From: a virus
Lineage: Duplodnaviria > Caudoviricetes
Virus record (IMG/VR): IMGVR_UViG_3300032330_001114
Coordinates: 1 to 59,969 of that record
DNA: 59,969 bases
Reading direction: 5' to 3' (one strand)
Shown: piece by piece, positions 19,092 to 29,113 of the stretch
Layout: the number at the start of each line of letters is the position of its first letter
Numbering within the stretch: position 1 is the first letter of the stretch
The notes under the pieces: model-generated
The model's input: the letters and a program-made list of their open reading frames with translations, nothing else
What the model was told of the DNA's origin: nothing
The model's database searches: none
Program-made: the position numbers and the translations under genes

Positions 19092-19982
19092 TTAAAACTT
19101 AAAGTAATTGTAAGCATCCATCCAATTTGGAGTTTTAAATCCCGAACCAAGTTTAGAGCCTTCGTTGAAATTTGTATTATTATACATCTGTTGCTCCGCA
19201 AGAGATTTCCAAGAAGGCATTGTCTGAAAAGAACTTACATTTAATTTAGATGATGGAACTTGTTGGGCCCCTGATGGTTTTTGTACATTTGGTATACTTG
19301 AAACTTGACCTTGATTATCAGTTTTATTTGTATCATTCCCTTTCCCTCTTCCAATAATCAATGGCACTTGCCCAAGACCATACTCCAGTGCTTTTGCTCC
19401 GGTCTGATATCCTTGTTGTATAGCCATAGCTCTTGCTTTAGCAGCGTCTTCAGACTGTTTATTATATCCTTCAGCTTCTGATAAACTAATTTGTGCCAAA
19501 TTCGTTTTGATTTTAGCATCTTCTTCAGCGCTCATCTTCTCAAGGTTTAATAAATCAGCATTAAGAGCATCTCTTTGAGCGCCTTGAGCTTCATTTTGAG
19601 CCAATTGAATACGTCCTGCTGTAGCTGCTGCGCCTCTGTCTCCTTCTTGACCTGCCGCTATAGCCTGAGCTCCTTGAGCAAGTAACGCTTCTCTTTCTCT
19701 TTCGTAAGCCTCTTTATTGATACCAAGCGCATCGAATGGATTAATGTTTATTTGTCTTTTAGCTTCTTCAAGCGCCTTTGTGGCATTTTGTTCGGCTTCT
19801 CTTTGCAACTTCATTTGTTTGCTTGCCTGAATAAAAGATGTAGCAGCAAGGCCCGTAGCAATTAATCCTCCTATAGGCCCCCCTGTTGCAAGACCTGTGG
19901 CAATTCCTGCGCCTGCGTTAGCTAATGACGCTGCTGATGCAGGGTCTTGTGCTCCTGTTGCGTTTCCTGTTGATGCTCCCAT
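19092..19982 (-). CDS. Probable internal virion/pilot protein
   Basis: G/A-rich hydrophobic N-terminus then A/Q-rich coiled coil. Confidence 0.65.
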   Translation of the reverse strand: MGASTGNATGAQDPASAASLANAGAGIATGLATGGPIGGLIATGLAATSFIQASKQMKLQREAEQNATKALEEAKRQININPFDALGINKEAYEREREALLAQGAQAIAAGQEGDRGAAATAGRIQLAQNEAQGAQRDALNADLLNLEKMSAEEDAKIKTNLAQISLSEAEGYNKQSEDAAKARAMAIQQGYQTGAKALEYGLGQVPLIIGRGKGNDTNKTDNQGQVSSIPNVQKPSGAQQVPSSKLNVSSFQTMPSWKSLAEQQMYNNTNFNEGSKLGSGFKTPNWMDAYNYFKF

Positions 19983-19984
19983 AA

Positions 19985-20395
19985 TTATAAATATTTAATA
20001 AGTTCCTCTGTATATGACGCACTCTTTATATAACCAAGTTTCTCGTATGTTTCAACTAGACCTTTATTGTCCATTAAAGAGTATGCATATTTGTATCCTA
20101 AATTTCTTGCAATATTTGTAAGTGTCATTATAAGCAATGATACTGACTCTTTTCTTTCAGGCTTTTTTCTGTAAGTTTTGCTTGATATAATCCAATCAAC
20201 CCAAGCTATTTTAGAATTTGTGCTATACAAAAAACCTGCACAAATCGGTTCATCTTCATCCACAATCATACACCCCCCAATTCCATTGTCAGGTAAGAAG
20301 TCTTTAGATGGAGGAGTAAACCCCCAATCCTTCCACCAACCTACAAGAATGTCATCGTAATCTGAGCTATTTAGTATTCTTACATCTAAAGCCAT
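19985..20395 (-). CDS. GNAT-fold acetyltransferase-like protein
   Basis: ICAGFLY..AWVDWIIS..ARNLGYKY..LVETYEKLGY; typical podovirus position between tail and ejection genes. Confidence 0.7.
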   Translation of the reverse strand: MALDVRILNSSDYDDILVGWWKDWGFTPPSKDFLPDNGIGGCMIVDEDEPICAGFLYSTNSKIAWVDWIISSKTYRKKPERKESVSLLIMTLTNIARNLGYKYAYSLMDNKGLVETYEKLGYIKSASYTEELIKYL

Positions 20396-20403
20396 ATTGA
20401 TTA

Positions 20404-20411
20404 CAAATATA
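20404..20411 (-). promoter_or_regulatory. Bacteroidota sigmaA -7 element TATATTTG
   Basis: TAnnTTTG in a short intergenic gap just upstream of a start codon. Confidence 0.6.
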
Positions 20412-20418
20412 TCAATTA

Positions 20419-21243
20419 TTAAGGAAAACTTTTCATGACCTCTGAGCCAACTCCAAACAATTCAATCTTGCTTGACGAGCCATTGGTTATGTCAAACACG
20501 CAGTAGTGACCTAATACTCCATGAGATTCAGCAACTGAGTTTTTAACTGTGAAAAAGTAGTCGTCATCGTCCGGTATGGAAACAGTTCCCGGAGGAGTTG
20601 TATCTATAACTAATTGGTTTATTCCTGCAGGATAATTTTGAATTATATTTGACACCACGCCTGCAAAGAATGTTGTTGTATAAGCAGGAGGTATAGCAAA
20701 ATAAACGCTATCTCCAATACTAACAACTCCTCCTATTGATATTAGCGGCACAATAGAGAAGTTTACCTCTGTATAACCTGCTTGTATATCTCTACTTATA
20801 CTTCTGCCTATTCCCGTAACCGCTCTTGTAGACAATTCTCCTGAAGCATCATTTCTAATAAACGCAAAGAATGTCTGCTCTTTCTTTTCAAACCACGTTG
20901 ATGTAATAAATCCTGAGTTCTGAAGGTCAGTTACCAATGTAGCATCCCACTTAGAGTCTCCTTGCAGCACAATGGTTTTAAAAAGCTTGTTCTCAAGAAC
21001 TCCTTCGTTGATAACGCCAACTAACCTTGTCGGAACAAATGGACCGGGGGGAGGCGGAACTAAAAATTTGTCATACCACTGCTGATAGAAAGTATTTCTG
21101 CTTTCATTCACATTGTGTTTATAAAGGTCTCCGCCTTTAAATGTGTACAGGTAGTTGTTCATCCCTATTATCCAATCAGGATAAAAAGAGTAGAATGACG
21201 GCCAACCTTTTGCGCCTTCACTATATGTTAATGTATATGACAT
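20419..21243 (-). CDS. Tail protein, probable C-terminal half of a split tail stabilisation/nozzle protein
   Basis: TLTYSE..KGWPSFYSF.PD..IGMNN.LYTFKGG.LYKHN...KLFKTI pattern. Confidence 0.6.
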   Translation of the reverse strand: MSYTLTYSEGAKGWPSFYSFYPDWIIGMNNYLYTFKGGDLYKHNVNESRNTFYQQWYDKFLVPPPPGPFVPTRLVGVINEGVLENKLFKTIVLQGDSKWDATLVTDLQNSGFITSTWFEKKEQTFFAFIRNDASGELSTRAVTGIGRSISRDIQAGYTEVNFSIVPLISIGGVVSIGDSVYFAIPPAYTTTFFAGVVSNIIQNYPAGINQLVIDTTPPGTVSIPDDDDYFFTVKNSVAESHGVLGHYCVFDITNGSSSKIELFGVGSEVMKSFP

Positions 21244-21255
21244 AGTTTATTATTT

Positions 21256-21831
21256 TTATTTTTCACACCCACAACTATCGAATCCTATAAATCCTATACC
21301 TGAAATAACTGTTGGTGTTGTATTATTTTTACAACAAAAAGTTGATCCGTTATATGCAAAATAAACATTTTGCTCAATGCCTGAACAATTTATAAATGAA
21401 ACTCCAAGTATACCTTCAATACCAAATACTACATATCTATTGCAATCTTGACTACAGCAACCACAAGTTTGATAATGAACTAAGTCTGCCTTACCAAATA
21501 TTATATCAGGCGTTGTGCCATATACTACACATAACGACTCATCAAAAGGGCCTGTAAATGTTTGCTCAACAACTGCTTGTTCTGCGCAACTTTCATACCT
21601 AACCGTTACCGTTCCTAACAAAGCAGTAATAGTCCATCCTGAGCATGGGTCTGAGCAACATGCTGTGCATATCTGCTCAGGTAAAAGAACGCATTCAACT
21701 TGCTCTCTTGTTACGATGCCATCAGAATAAAATCCGTTAGGAGAACAAATAGTAAGTGCTGCATCGTCAAACACAGCAGTCGATGAACTTAAAGATGGTC
21801 CGTTGATGTAAAAAGGTTGTGTATATGGCAT
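21256..21831 (-). CDS. Cysteine-rich structural/tail-associated protein
   Basis: 191 aa, many Cys including CC pairs, two internal repeats. Confidence 0.65.
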   Translation of the reverse strand: MPYTQPFYINGPSLSSSTAVFDDAALTICSPNGFYSDGIVTREQVECVLLPEQICTACCSDPCSGWTITALLGTVTVRYESCAEQAVVEQTFTGPFDESLCVVYGTTPDIIFGKADLVHYQTCGCCSQDCNRYVVFGIEGILGVSFINCSGIEQNVYFAYNGSTFCCKNNTTPTVISGIGFIGFDSCGCEK

Positions 21832-21842
21832 ATATTTATTTT

Positions 21843-24800
21843 TTAAGCTCCACTAATACAATCGCAACAAGATGCAATTGGGTCATTTTCGCTATAACAT
21901 AATTGAACAGGAACAGAATCTCTCAAATCCCATATCAAATACAATGTATCTCCATCTACCGTATCAGGCGTAGAAAACTCTGCATAGTTTACATTGTATA
22001 TTGTTACATTTGGACTTGCCACACTTGATGCTGCAATCATTGCACTAATATCAGAAACATTATTTTCATACAGAGTATTTGTTCTAAGGTATCTAAACTT
22101 ATCTGATGCAGGGTCAAATACATAATCATCATCTCCTATCTTGTTTGTTTGTATTCTAACTGTGCTTCCTTGCGTAGGGAATGAGCCTGCTCCTGCAAAT
22201 CCTGAAATCAAACTATACCAAGAAACAAGAGGGTTCTCTGTACCTGATAAGAATGTTACAAGATTAGATTGTGTTGGTCCAACAAAAGAACCTACATCAT
22301 ATCTGTATTCTGCATGTATTGTCTTTTCTGAATCGTAATTATTGGTAAGTACAACTTGAACTACCTTCATAGCCTCAGGTGTAGGGCAATTAACAGTTAC
22401 ATCTAAAACGACGTTGCCTGAATGTTCAATTTCAATTTGAACTGTGTCTACATAGTTAAGGTTTTTATTAAACGTAAGGCTGTCGCTAAAATCTATAAAC
22501 CCTGAAGTAAAATCATTTCCATTATAAAATGCTGTAACTTTAAAATCTTCCCCTGAATCAATGCTTACTACTGTCCATACTATATCAACAGGTCCAACAA
22601 GAGCACCTAAGTTTACACAATAGTTTTGTGTTGTATTCCCTGACAACGTAAATGTTTGAGATGTACCACAAGCCAAGCATGATGGGTTGTTTGACAACTC
22701 TCTATCAGTCATGCATAACACATACTCATTCATGTATGGGTCAAACCCTCCAAGTTTCTGAGTAGAGAATGACGCATTGAATGTATCTCTAAACCATGTC
22801 CTCATGTTCAAATCTGAGATTACATTTAACTGCTCATTAGAATATGAGTTACCTTGAAGCTGAATTACTGCTCCTCTTTTGGCATCTGTAAAGAACCTAT
22901 CGTAACCCCATTGTACATAGCTCTCAGGATTGAAACTAATGCCGTATTTTTCGGTTCTTGCAATCTGTGTACCCAACACCTCAGGAACTGATGAAATAGC
23001 TCCTCCTGCGGCTGAATCAGACAGCAAATTCTTACCTGCTAATACATAGGATATTTTATCCTCTTGCAAAACAAGCACGTCAGTTTCTCTTCCGTCCATT
23101 TTGTATATCTCTCCAAAAGAAATCTCTAAAGCCTTATAGTTAAGCAATCCTGAGTTAAACTCATTTAGCTTATTTAAATTGGTCTCAGGATTATAAATAC
23201 CACTATAAGTAATGTCAGCAAATCTATCTGACTCTTTATAATCTTGAGCAGCAACTGTAGTTACTCTATTCCCTAAATTAAAAGAACGTCCTGAAATAGA
23301 GTCTCTTATTTTATAACTCTCTACACCATTTCCAAAAGCAAAGCAATTAAAGAATTGAGTATCAACTATACCGGGAGTATTTGTAGCAATATCTTGATTT
23401 TGAATATTGCCCATGTGATTACCATCTGCATCAACTTCAAAAGACAAATCATTCTCAAAAAACACATCAGGCAAAGCTTCGTCAGGTTCTGTTTCAAATA
23501 CAAATACGGTATCTGCTCTAAATACTTGAATGTCTAATATTATTGACGATGCTCTTGCTGCAGTGGGTCCGCAAGACTGAACGGCGCTTATGCATAAACT
23601 AAGTCTATTATTTGACTCTCTGCACCATTGCCAATGATTTGTATCAAAAGTATATCCAATAAATATTGGGCTAGCTAACAATGCAGTAAAATATTCATTT
23701 CCCACCGGAGTAGCTCCAGATCCAACAGTAGAAGTGCCATTATTTATAAACTCTTTTATATTATCTCCATTCCACCAATCTCTCATATCATTATACGTAG
23801 TGGAAGAAATAAAAGTTTGAGACCAAGTATATATTCTTTTTTCGCAACTCCTATTGCCATCTCCCGGGCCTAATCTCTGAGTGGTTATATTTATGCTAAT
23901 TTTGCTTCCTGCAGGAACGGTATAATCAACCCAAACGCCGGGAGATGTTTCCGTATTCATATCGTATGACATTATAGGGAATCCTCCATTTAATGCAGTC
24001 TCTGTTTTAGTTCCGGGAGAAATTATAGCGTATGGGTCATCTGTTACCGAAAATGAGTTTGGATTTATTTTCATGTATACGCCACCGGGAGGAGTAACTC
24101 CTGTAACAGGCTCAATAAATCCTTTTATTTTTGACTCTATCTCAAGCACAGTAGCATATACGCAAGTTTGCGTTGGGCCATTAGAGTCTCTTTTAACAAT
24201 AAACCTATCTCCACGTTCCACCTTTCTTGCATTTTCTCCTTCAAGAAGAAAATATACTGCATTATCTGTTGGGCTAGAAAAAAATATGCTTGAGTATATA
24301 GTATCGTAATTCTCTTGGTCAGGCTTAATTACAAACTTATATCTCTTTGCCCAATAAGGAGCGACTTGTGAAGTTGGTATAGTTACATAAATAGAGTTCT
24401 TTGTATCTGAATTTGAACATGGCACATACTCTGTATTGTTCAAACTTACTAATGCTGTACTTGACCTGTTAAACTCATCCATATAAACAATACCAATCTC
24501 GTAACCCCTATTGCTATGCAAGCTTTTTGGACTTGCTATTTCTTGGAATGTAGCACTTGCCGAAGTGACACTATAATACTCAAAAGCATAATCAACAGGA
24601 GTGGTAAGGTTATCTACGTACTGCATAGCAATCATTTGGAAACCTATAATCTTACTTCCCGGACTTGTTATTATTTTAATAGGCTGACCCAATCCTGATA
24701 TACCACTTGCATATTTTTCTAACGCATCTAAATTTTGAGGTAGTGCACAATTAAGCTTGTCTGTAAATGTAAACCCATTGCAAGGGTTTGTAAGGCCTGC

Positions 24801-26267
24801 AGGATCATATACAGGAAGTATATTAGCAAGAGTACCAACGGCATTTTGAAACTCGGCGCTTGTTGCCATCTGATAAACAGATGTATAATCTTGAGAAAGT
24901 GTAAAGTAAAAAGAAACATTTACGTTTGATGTTGTTTCTGCAGGAGTTAAAGGTCCTGAGAATGATTCATGCGTAATCGTTATGTCTAATGAAAATGACG
25001 CTCCATTTTTTAAATTTGGCTCAACTGATATAAAATCTACATTTACTACTGAATTAGGAACTACAACACTTCCATTGACAGTATAAGCATCGCCTGTTGT
25101 TGTATTATCAAAAAGCAATGTATCTCCTATTATTTCTGTAACAAGACTTGTTTGATAATTAAGGCTTATTGTCCTTCCTGTTTTGTCAATCAAATCGTAT
25201 CCTTCAACATAGTTTCCATACATAAGCCTATTACCCATAATGGTCTGAGCCTTTGCGAATCTTGGAACATTATCAAATAATCTTAAAAGTTCAGATTCAG
25301 GAAGTATTGTGAATATTTTGCTATTATCAAAATAGTATTGATAATTAGTATCGTCATTTAACCCCAAATCTTTCTTATCAAGCTTCTCTATAATTTTTAT
25401 TATATTGTTATTGGCTTGCTTAAAAAGTAAATCCACACCCACTACAAGCGGACCTCCTGTATTGTATGTAATCCTTGCAGCATTACAAAGATTCACCATT
25501 CCCTCATTCAAGTAGCTGTTTATGCTAAACTCAAAATTCTGAGGAAGAAAAGCAGGAGCAGACCATTGAGATGTAGCAGAATATTCGCCATCGGCATATC
25601 TATATCTATAAGCAAAGCAAATGAATCTTGTATCCATATAGTTTTGCTGACCACCTGTAACTATAGGTTCAGCTCCGGGAGACTCAATAGGAGGCTTCTT
25701 AACTACAAGTAAACACTCTGCGCTAAATTGATCTATAGACGCTACAGGATTTGGATACCTATTCGTAGTTGGTTTTACATTGAAAAATCTTGGAGGGTTA
25801 TAATCATCCGTAAAAAATATCAAATTCTCTATCTTATCAACCCCTGTAATTAAATACTGCGGATTAAAATTCAATGTAGTAGCTAAACCTGACCCATCGT
25901 CTGTACTTATTATATGATAAGTCAATATACCTGTAAGTACATTTAAGGAAACTATCATATCTAATTTACCTGTTAGACTATCTCCTCCAAAGGTTGAGTC
26001 GTGAACAAACCAATAAATAGTTTCGTTTGCGCTATCGGCTATTGCGCCAATGCAAATCGCATCTGTACTTAATGGCGTGCCATCTATATATGTTAGAGCA
26101 GTTAAAGCTAAATTACCCTTTGAATTTTCAATGGCGCCAATCTCGGAGTTCTCTGTAGAACCCATACGTACATTCATGGCATCTATGTATTCTCCATTTG
26201 GGATTACACGTTGGTCATAGACCTTATTCATTCTGCCTGCTAAGAAATTCCTTGTAAGATTTGCCAT
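21843..26267 (-). CDS. Tail stabilisation/nozzle (tubular B-like) protein
   Basis: NF..GRMNK..D.R..PNGEY.DAMN N-terminus, NRLMYGNY, YGISFNPES, FTDAKRG, GGFDPY motifs. Confidence 0.8.
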   Translation of the reverse strand: MANLTRNFLAGRMNKVYDQRVIPNGEYIDAMNVRMGSTENSEIGAIENSKGNLALTALTYIDGTPLSTDAICIGAIADSANETIYWFVHDSTFGGDSLTGKLDMIVSLNVLTGILTYHIISTDDGSGLATTLNFNPQYLITGVDKIENLIFFTDDYNPPRFFNVKPTTNRYPNPVASIDQFSAECLLVVKKPPIESPGAEPIVTGGQQNYMDTRFICFAYRYRYADGEYSATSQWSAPAFLPQNFEFSINSYLNEGMVNLCNAARITYNTGGPLVVGVDLLFKQANNNIIKIIEKLDKKDLGLNDDTNYQYYFDNSKIFTILPESELLRLFDNVPRFAKAQTIMGNRLMYGNYVEGYDLIDKTGRTISLNYQTSLVTEIIGDTLLFDNTTTGDAYTVNGSVVVPNSVVNVDFISVEPNLKNGASFSLDITITHESFSGPLTPAETTSNVNVSFYFTLSQDYTSVYQMATSAEFQNAVGTLANILPVYDPAGLTNPCNGFTFTDKLNCALPQNLDALEKYASGISGLGQPIKIITSPGSKIIGFQMIAMQYVDNLTTPVDYAFEYYSVTSASATFQEIASPKSLHSNRGYEIGIVYMDEFNRSSTALVSLNNTEYVPCSNSDTKNSIYVTIPTSQVAPYWAKRYKFVIKPDQENYDTIYSSIFFSSPTDNAVYFLLEGENARKVERGDRFIVKRDSNGPTQTCVYATVLEIESKIKGFIEPVTGVTPPGGVYMKINPNSFSVTDDPYAIISPGTKTETALNGGFPIMSYDMNTETSPGVWVDYTVPAGSKISINITTQRLGPGDGNRSCEKRIYTWSQTFISSTTYNDMRDWWNGDNIKEFINNGTSTVGSGATPVGNEYFTALLASPIFIGYTFDTNHWQWCRESNNRLSLCISAVQSCGPTAARASSIILDIQVFRADTVFVFETEPDEALPDVFFENDLSFEVDADGNHMGNIQNQDIATNTPGIVDTQFFNCFAFGNGVESYKIRDSISGRSFNLGNRVTTVAAQDYKESDRFADITYSGIYNPETNLNKLNEFNSGLLNYKALEISFGEIYKMDGRETDVLVLQEDKISYVLAGKNLLSDSAAGGAISSVPEVLGTQIARTEKYGISFNPESYVQWGYDRFFTDAKRGAVIQLQGNSYSNEQLNVISDLNMRTWFRDTFNASFSTQKLGGFDPYMNEYVLCMTDRELSNNPSCLACGTSQTFTLSGNTTQNYCVNLGALVGPVDIVWTVVSIDSGEDFKVTAFYNGNDFTSGFIDFSDSLTFNKNLNYVDTVQIEIEHSGNVVLDVTVNCPTPEAMKVVQVVLTNNYDSEKTIHAEYRYDVGSFVGPTQSNLVTFLSGTENPLVSWYSLISGFAGAGSFPTQGSTVRIQTNKIGDDDYVFDPASDKFRYLRTNTLYENNVSDISAMIAASSVASPNVTIYNVNYAEFSTPDTVDGDTLYLIWDLRDSVPVQLCYSENDPIASCCDCISGA

Positions 26268-26268
26268 T

Positions 26269-27192
26269 TTATTTTATTGTCTTGTCCATACCCCTAAGAT
26301 TCATTAATAGTCTACCGGGATGAATATTACTCATTCTTATTTTTGCATTTCTAAGTAAAGCACCCCTCTCTTTTCTTGCTCTATTTACAACATACTCTTG
26401 CACACCAAATTTAGAATTTAATAACTCAAATCTAATGGCTGCATAAATATACTGCTCAAACAATTTATTAACCGTAACTAAAGAGTTATCTCCATTCTCC
26501 ATGCCATCAGAAATATACTCAAGAATACAAGTCTGACCTGCCATTCCTGAGTCAAAGTTAATAACACCATTCTTCTTATCAATATTAAACGTAGGATTAA
26601 AATTAGCCGTTTCTGTATTCAATCCATAAGCAGCACCTATGCCATAATCAAAGTACCACATACCGTCTACATACCATCCCCATTGGCCATTAAACTGATG
26701 TCCTTCGTTAAGATATATACTCTTCTTTGTTCTGTGTATTCTATCGTAGTCAATATTTGAGTCTTGAGGTCTTAAGATATTCCCAAATTGGTCAAATAAT
26801 ATGTTGCCTTGATTGTCCTGAAGGTAAGCATTTGAAGATAGAGTTTGAATATTCTCAGTCAATGGCCTTAAGTATCCATCCTTGTAAAGAGATATTCTAA
26901 CCCAATTAACAAAGTCAGAAGGCAATACATATCTGAGAGAATCAACTACTGATAACTCAAGAACTTTAATTTCTTTGAATGCATCGTAATTCAATTCCTG
27001 TATTGCTCTTTTAGCATGGAATAGTATTTTATACTTCTTTTCATTATTTACTAAAGAGTGATTTCCAGTATGCATCAACATGAAGTTGTTGACTATATCA
27101 AACAAGCTAACATATTGGTAAGAACCCCAATTTGCATCTTGGGGTGTATTACCTGAGTTTGCATAGTATTGATAATCTGATATATATGCCAT
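26269..27192 (-). CDS. Tail ring/adaptor structural protein
   Basis: FHAKRAIQELNYD, LP.DFVNWVRIS, LEYISDG motifs; position after head genes. Confidence 0.7.
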   Translation of the reverse strand: MAYISDYQYYANSGNTPQDANWGSYQYVSLFDIVNNFMLMHTGNHSLVNNEKKYKILFHAKRAIQELNYDAFKEIKVLELSVVDSLRYVLPSDFVNWVRISLYKDGYLRPLTENIQTLSSNAYLQDNQGNILFDQFGNILRPQDSNIDYDRIHRTKKSIYLNEGHQFNGQWGWYVDGMWYFDYGIGAAYGLNTETANFNPTFNIDKKNGVINFDSGMAGQTCILEYISDGMENGDNSLVTVNKLFEQYIYAAIRFELLNSKFGVQEYVVNRARKERGALLRNAKIRMSNIHPGRLLMNLRGMDKTIK

Positions 27193-27198
27193 TGTCTA

Positions 27199-28194
27199 TT
27201 ATTGTTGTTGACTGAATGTTGGTTGTTCGTGTTGCTCTTGAGCCATTGCAAATTGAGTAACCTCGCTCTCACGTATAGAAACACCACAATATTGTAAAAT
27301 CTTCATTACTAATTTAAACTCATCTTCTTGAGGCAATTCAAAATCTTGATAGTCAGGTTGAGATTGGTCAAACACAGGCTCGCCTGCAGCAAGTGTAATA
27401 TAAGTCCATTTTGGCTCCTTAGGATATCTAAAGTAAGCGCATTTAACTTGACCCAATAAACCAAGCGTAAATGTTGTAGAGAATGGGTACAATTGAATCA
27501 AAGTAGAGTCTTGAGTATAAGCAGGAAACATACTGCTTGGTGCTGTTAGATTAGAAAGATTAAGGCTTGTAATCTTGCCTGTACTTACTTTTTCAGACTC
27601 TACATAGTTCTGAGCAGATACGATATAATAATCATCTCCTGTAGAAGTAAATATATCAGCACTTAAAAATAATTCTGTGTCTGTAAGAACTTCATAGACA
27701 GTTGCAAGCTGAGGAGGAGCTGCGCTCCAATTAGCAACTATATCTCCGGCTTTAACACCATCTGCTATAAATGTTGCTGTACTATCTATTAATCTAAATG
27801 CCGAAACGCCATCATTGAAGCTATTGTCTTTTAATATTGTTGGATAACAAACCAATCTATTAATCATGTACGCCTCATTGCCTGTAGTCGTAAGAGATGG
27901 TATATAAAATCTGTTTCTTGTTATACTTGGCAAATCGTAATTAAAAGGCTTTAAGAAATCATCAACAAAAAAATACTCCATCGTTTCTCCAATTGCCTTA
28001 TTGATATCAGCATAATCGCTTCCTGATGTACGAATATTCTCAGCAGTAACAGTTTTATTATAGTTACTAAAGTATTCTTCGTAAGCTTCCAATTGCGCTT
28101 GCTTTGCATAAAGATTAAAATCGGATGGAGATATATATCCGTAGTTATTTTTATTAAGCACAGACAGCACTGTGTTTCTAACCGAGTTTATCAT
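27199..28194 (-). CDS. Tail ring/head-tail connector protein
   Basis: VL..LNKNNYGYISP.DFNLYAKQAQ, Y.RYPKEPKW, DFELP motifs. Confidence 0.7.
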   Translation of the reverse strand: MINSVRNTVLSVLNKNNYGYISPSDFNLYAKQAQLEAYEEYFSNYNKTVTAENIRTSGSDYADINKAIGETMEYFFVDDFLKPFNYDLPSITRNRFYIPSLTTTGNEAYMINRLVCYPTILKDNSFNDGVSAFRLIDSTATFIADGVKAGDIVANWSAAPPQLATVYEVLTDTELFLSADIFTSTGDDYYIVSAQNYVESEKVSTGKITSLNLSNLTAPSSMFPAYTQDSTLIQLYPFSTTFTLGLLGQVKCAYFRYPKEPKWTYITLAAGEPVFDQSQPDYQDFELPQEDEFKLVMKILQYCGVSIRESEVTQFAMAQEQHEQPTFSQQQ

Positions 28195-28208
28195 TGCTCA
28201 CTTTTTTA

Positions 28209-28216
28209 CAAATATA
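28209..28216 (-). promoter_or_regulatory. Bacteroidota -7 element TATATTTG
   Basis: Directly after the terminator and upstream of the 28194 start. Confidence 0.6.
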
Positions 28217-28246
28217 CAAAAAAAAAGAGGGCGTAGAAACGCCCTC
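28217..28246 (-). terminator. Rho-independent terminator
   Basis: GAGGGCGT-ttct-ACGCCCTC then T9 on the - strand. Confidence 0.9.
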
Positions 28247-28289
28247 ACACATGAATCATCTTTAACAAAAAACAAATCAAAAACAAATA

Positions 28290-29033
28290 TTAAGACATTG
28301 ACGCGTCTAGCATTTTTAATGAGTCTATACCTTCGTCACTTTGAAGGTAAGATGCCGCTGATTCATAAGGATCATCTCCAAATGGAATAGACATCATTTT
28401 CTTTTTATTAGTTGCGGTGTTAAACCAAATTTCTTTCTCGTTATTTTTAAGCACCAGTAATTTGTTGTCAAAAAACTGACGAATTTTAGCTTGGAATTTT
28501 AGCTCAGGGTCATTGATTAGATTTAAGAAATCTTTAGGTTCGTTCTTAGCAAATACCAATATATCCCTTTTTAATTCCGCTGTTGATATTGTAGATGGGT
28601 CTTTTCCAAACATAACTCTAGTTATCATCTCAATTTGCTCTATTGAAAGCTGACGAGCTTCAATTAAAGCATCAACCTCAATATTTAATTCATAAACCTC
28701 TTCACTTGCTTCTTTTTCTTTATCTACCTCTCCAAATATAATCCCATTCAATGGATGGTAGTGTAAAAACTGTTGTAATACAGGATTGTTTTTTGGTACA
28801 TGCAAAAGACCATCGGTAAAAACAACAGGCTCTAAAATTGCATTTCCGTCTTGTTCATCTTCAAATGGAGACTTTTGGTTAACCGCATATCTAAGAGCAC
28901 GGTTTACATTATTTTTTTCATCATACCACATTAAAGGAAAACGTGGATGGTTTCTTGATGAAAGCGTATAAGACAATGGATTGCCTTGTTTTAATTTATA
29001 CGTCTTATTTGTTGGTGTTGTATTTTTTGACAT
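28290..29033 (-). CDS. Conserved hypothetical protein downstream of capsid gene
   Basis: Start at MSKNTT (29033), since the longer ORF runs through the capsid terminator; RALRYAVNQKSPF.DEQ. Confidence 0.75.
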   Translation of the reverse strand: MSKNTTPTNKTYKLKQGNPLSYTLSSRNHPRFPLMWYDEKNNVNRALRYAVNQKSPFEDEQDGNAILEPVVFTDGLLHVPKNNPVLQQFLHYHPLNGIIFGEVDKEKEASEEVYELNIEVDALIEARQLSIEQIEMITRVMFGKDPSTISTAELKRDILVFAKNEPKDFLNLINDPELKFQAKIRQFFDNKLLVLKNNEKEIWFNTATNKKKMMSIPFGDDPYESAASYLQSDEGIDSLKMLDASMS

Positions 29034-29063
29034 TTTATAAGATTTAATTTGATTTAAGTTATT

Positions 29064-29096
29064 AAAAAAGCAGGGGATTTTAATGCCCCCTGCTTT
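29064..29096 (-). terminator. Rho-independent terminator after major capsid gene
   Basis: AAAGCAGGGG..CCCCTGCTTT + T-tract on the - strand. Confidence 0.85.
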
Positions 29097-29113
29097 ATTA
29101 TTCTTCTTACCTA

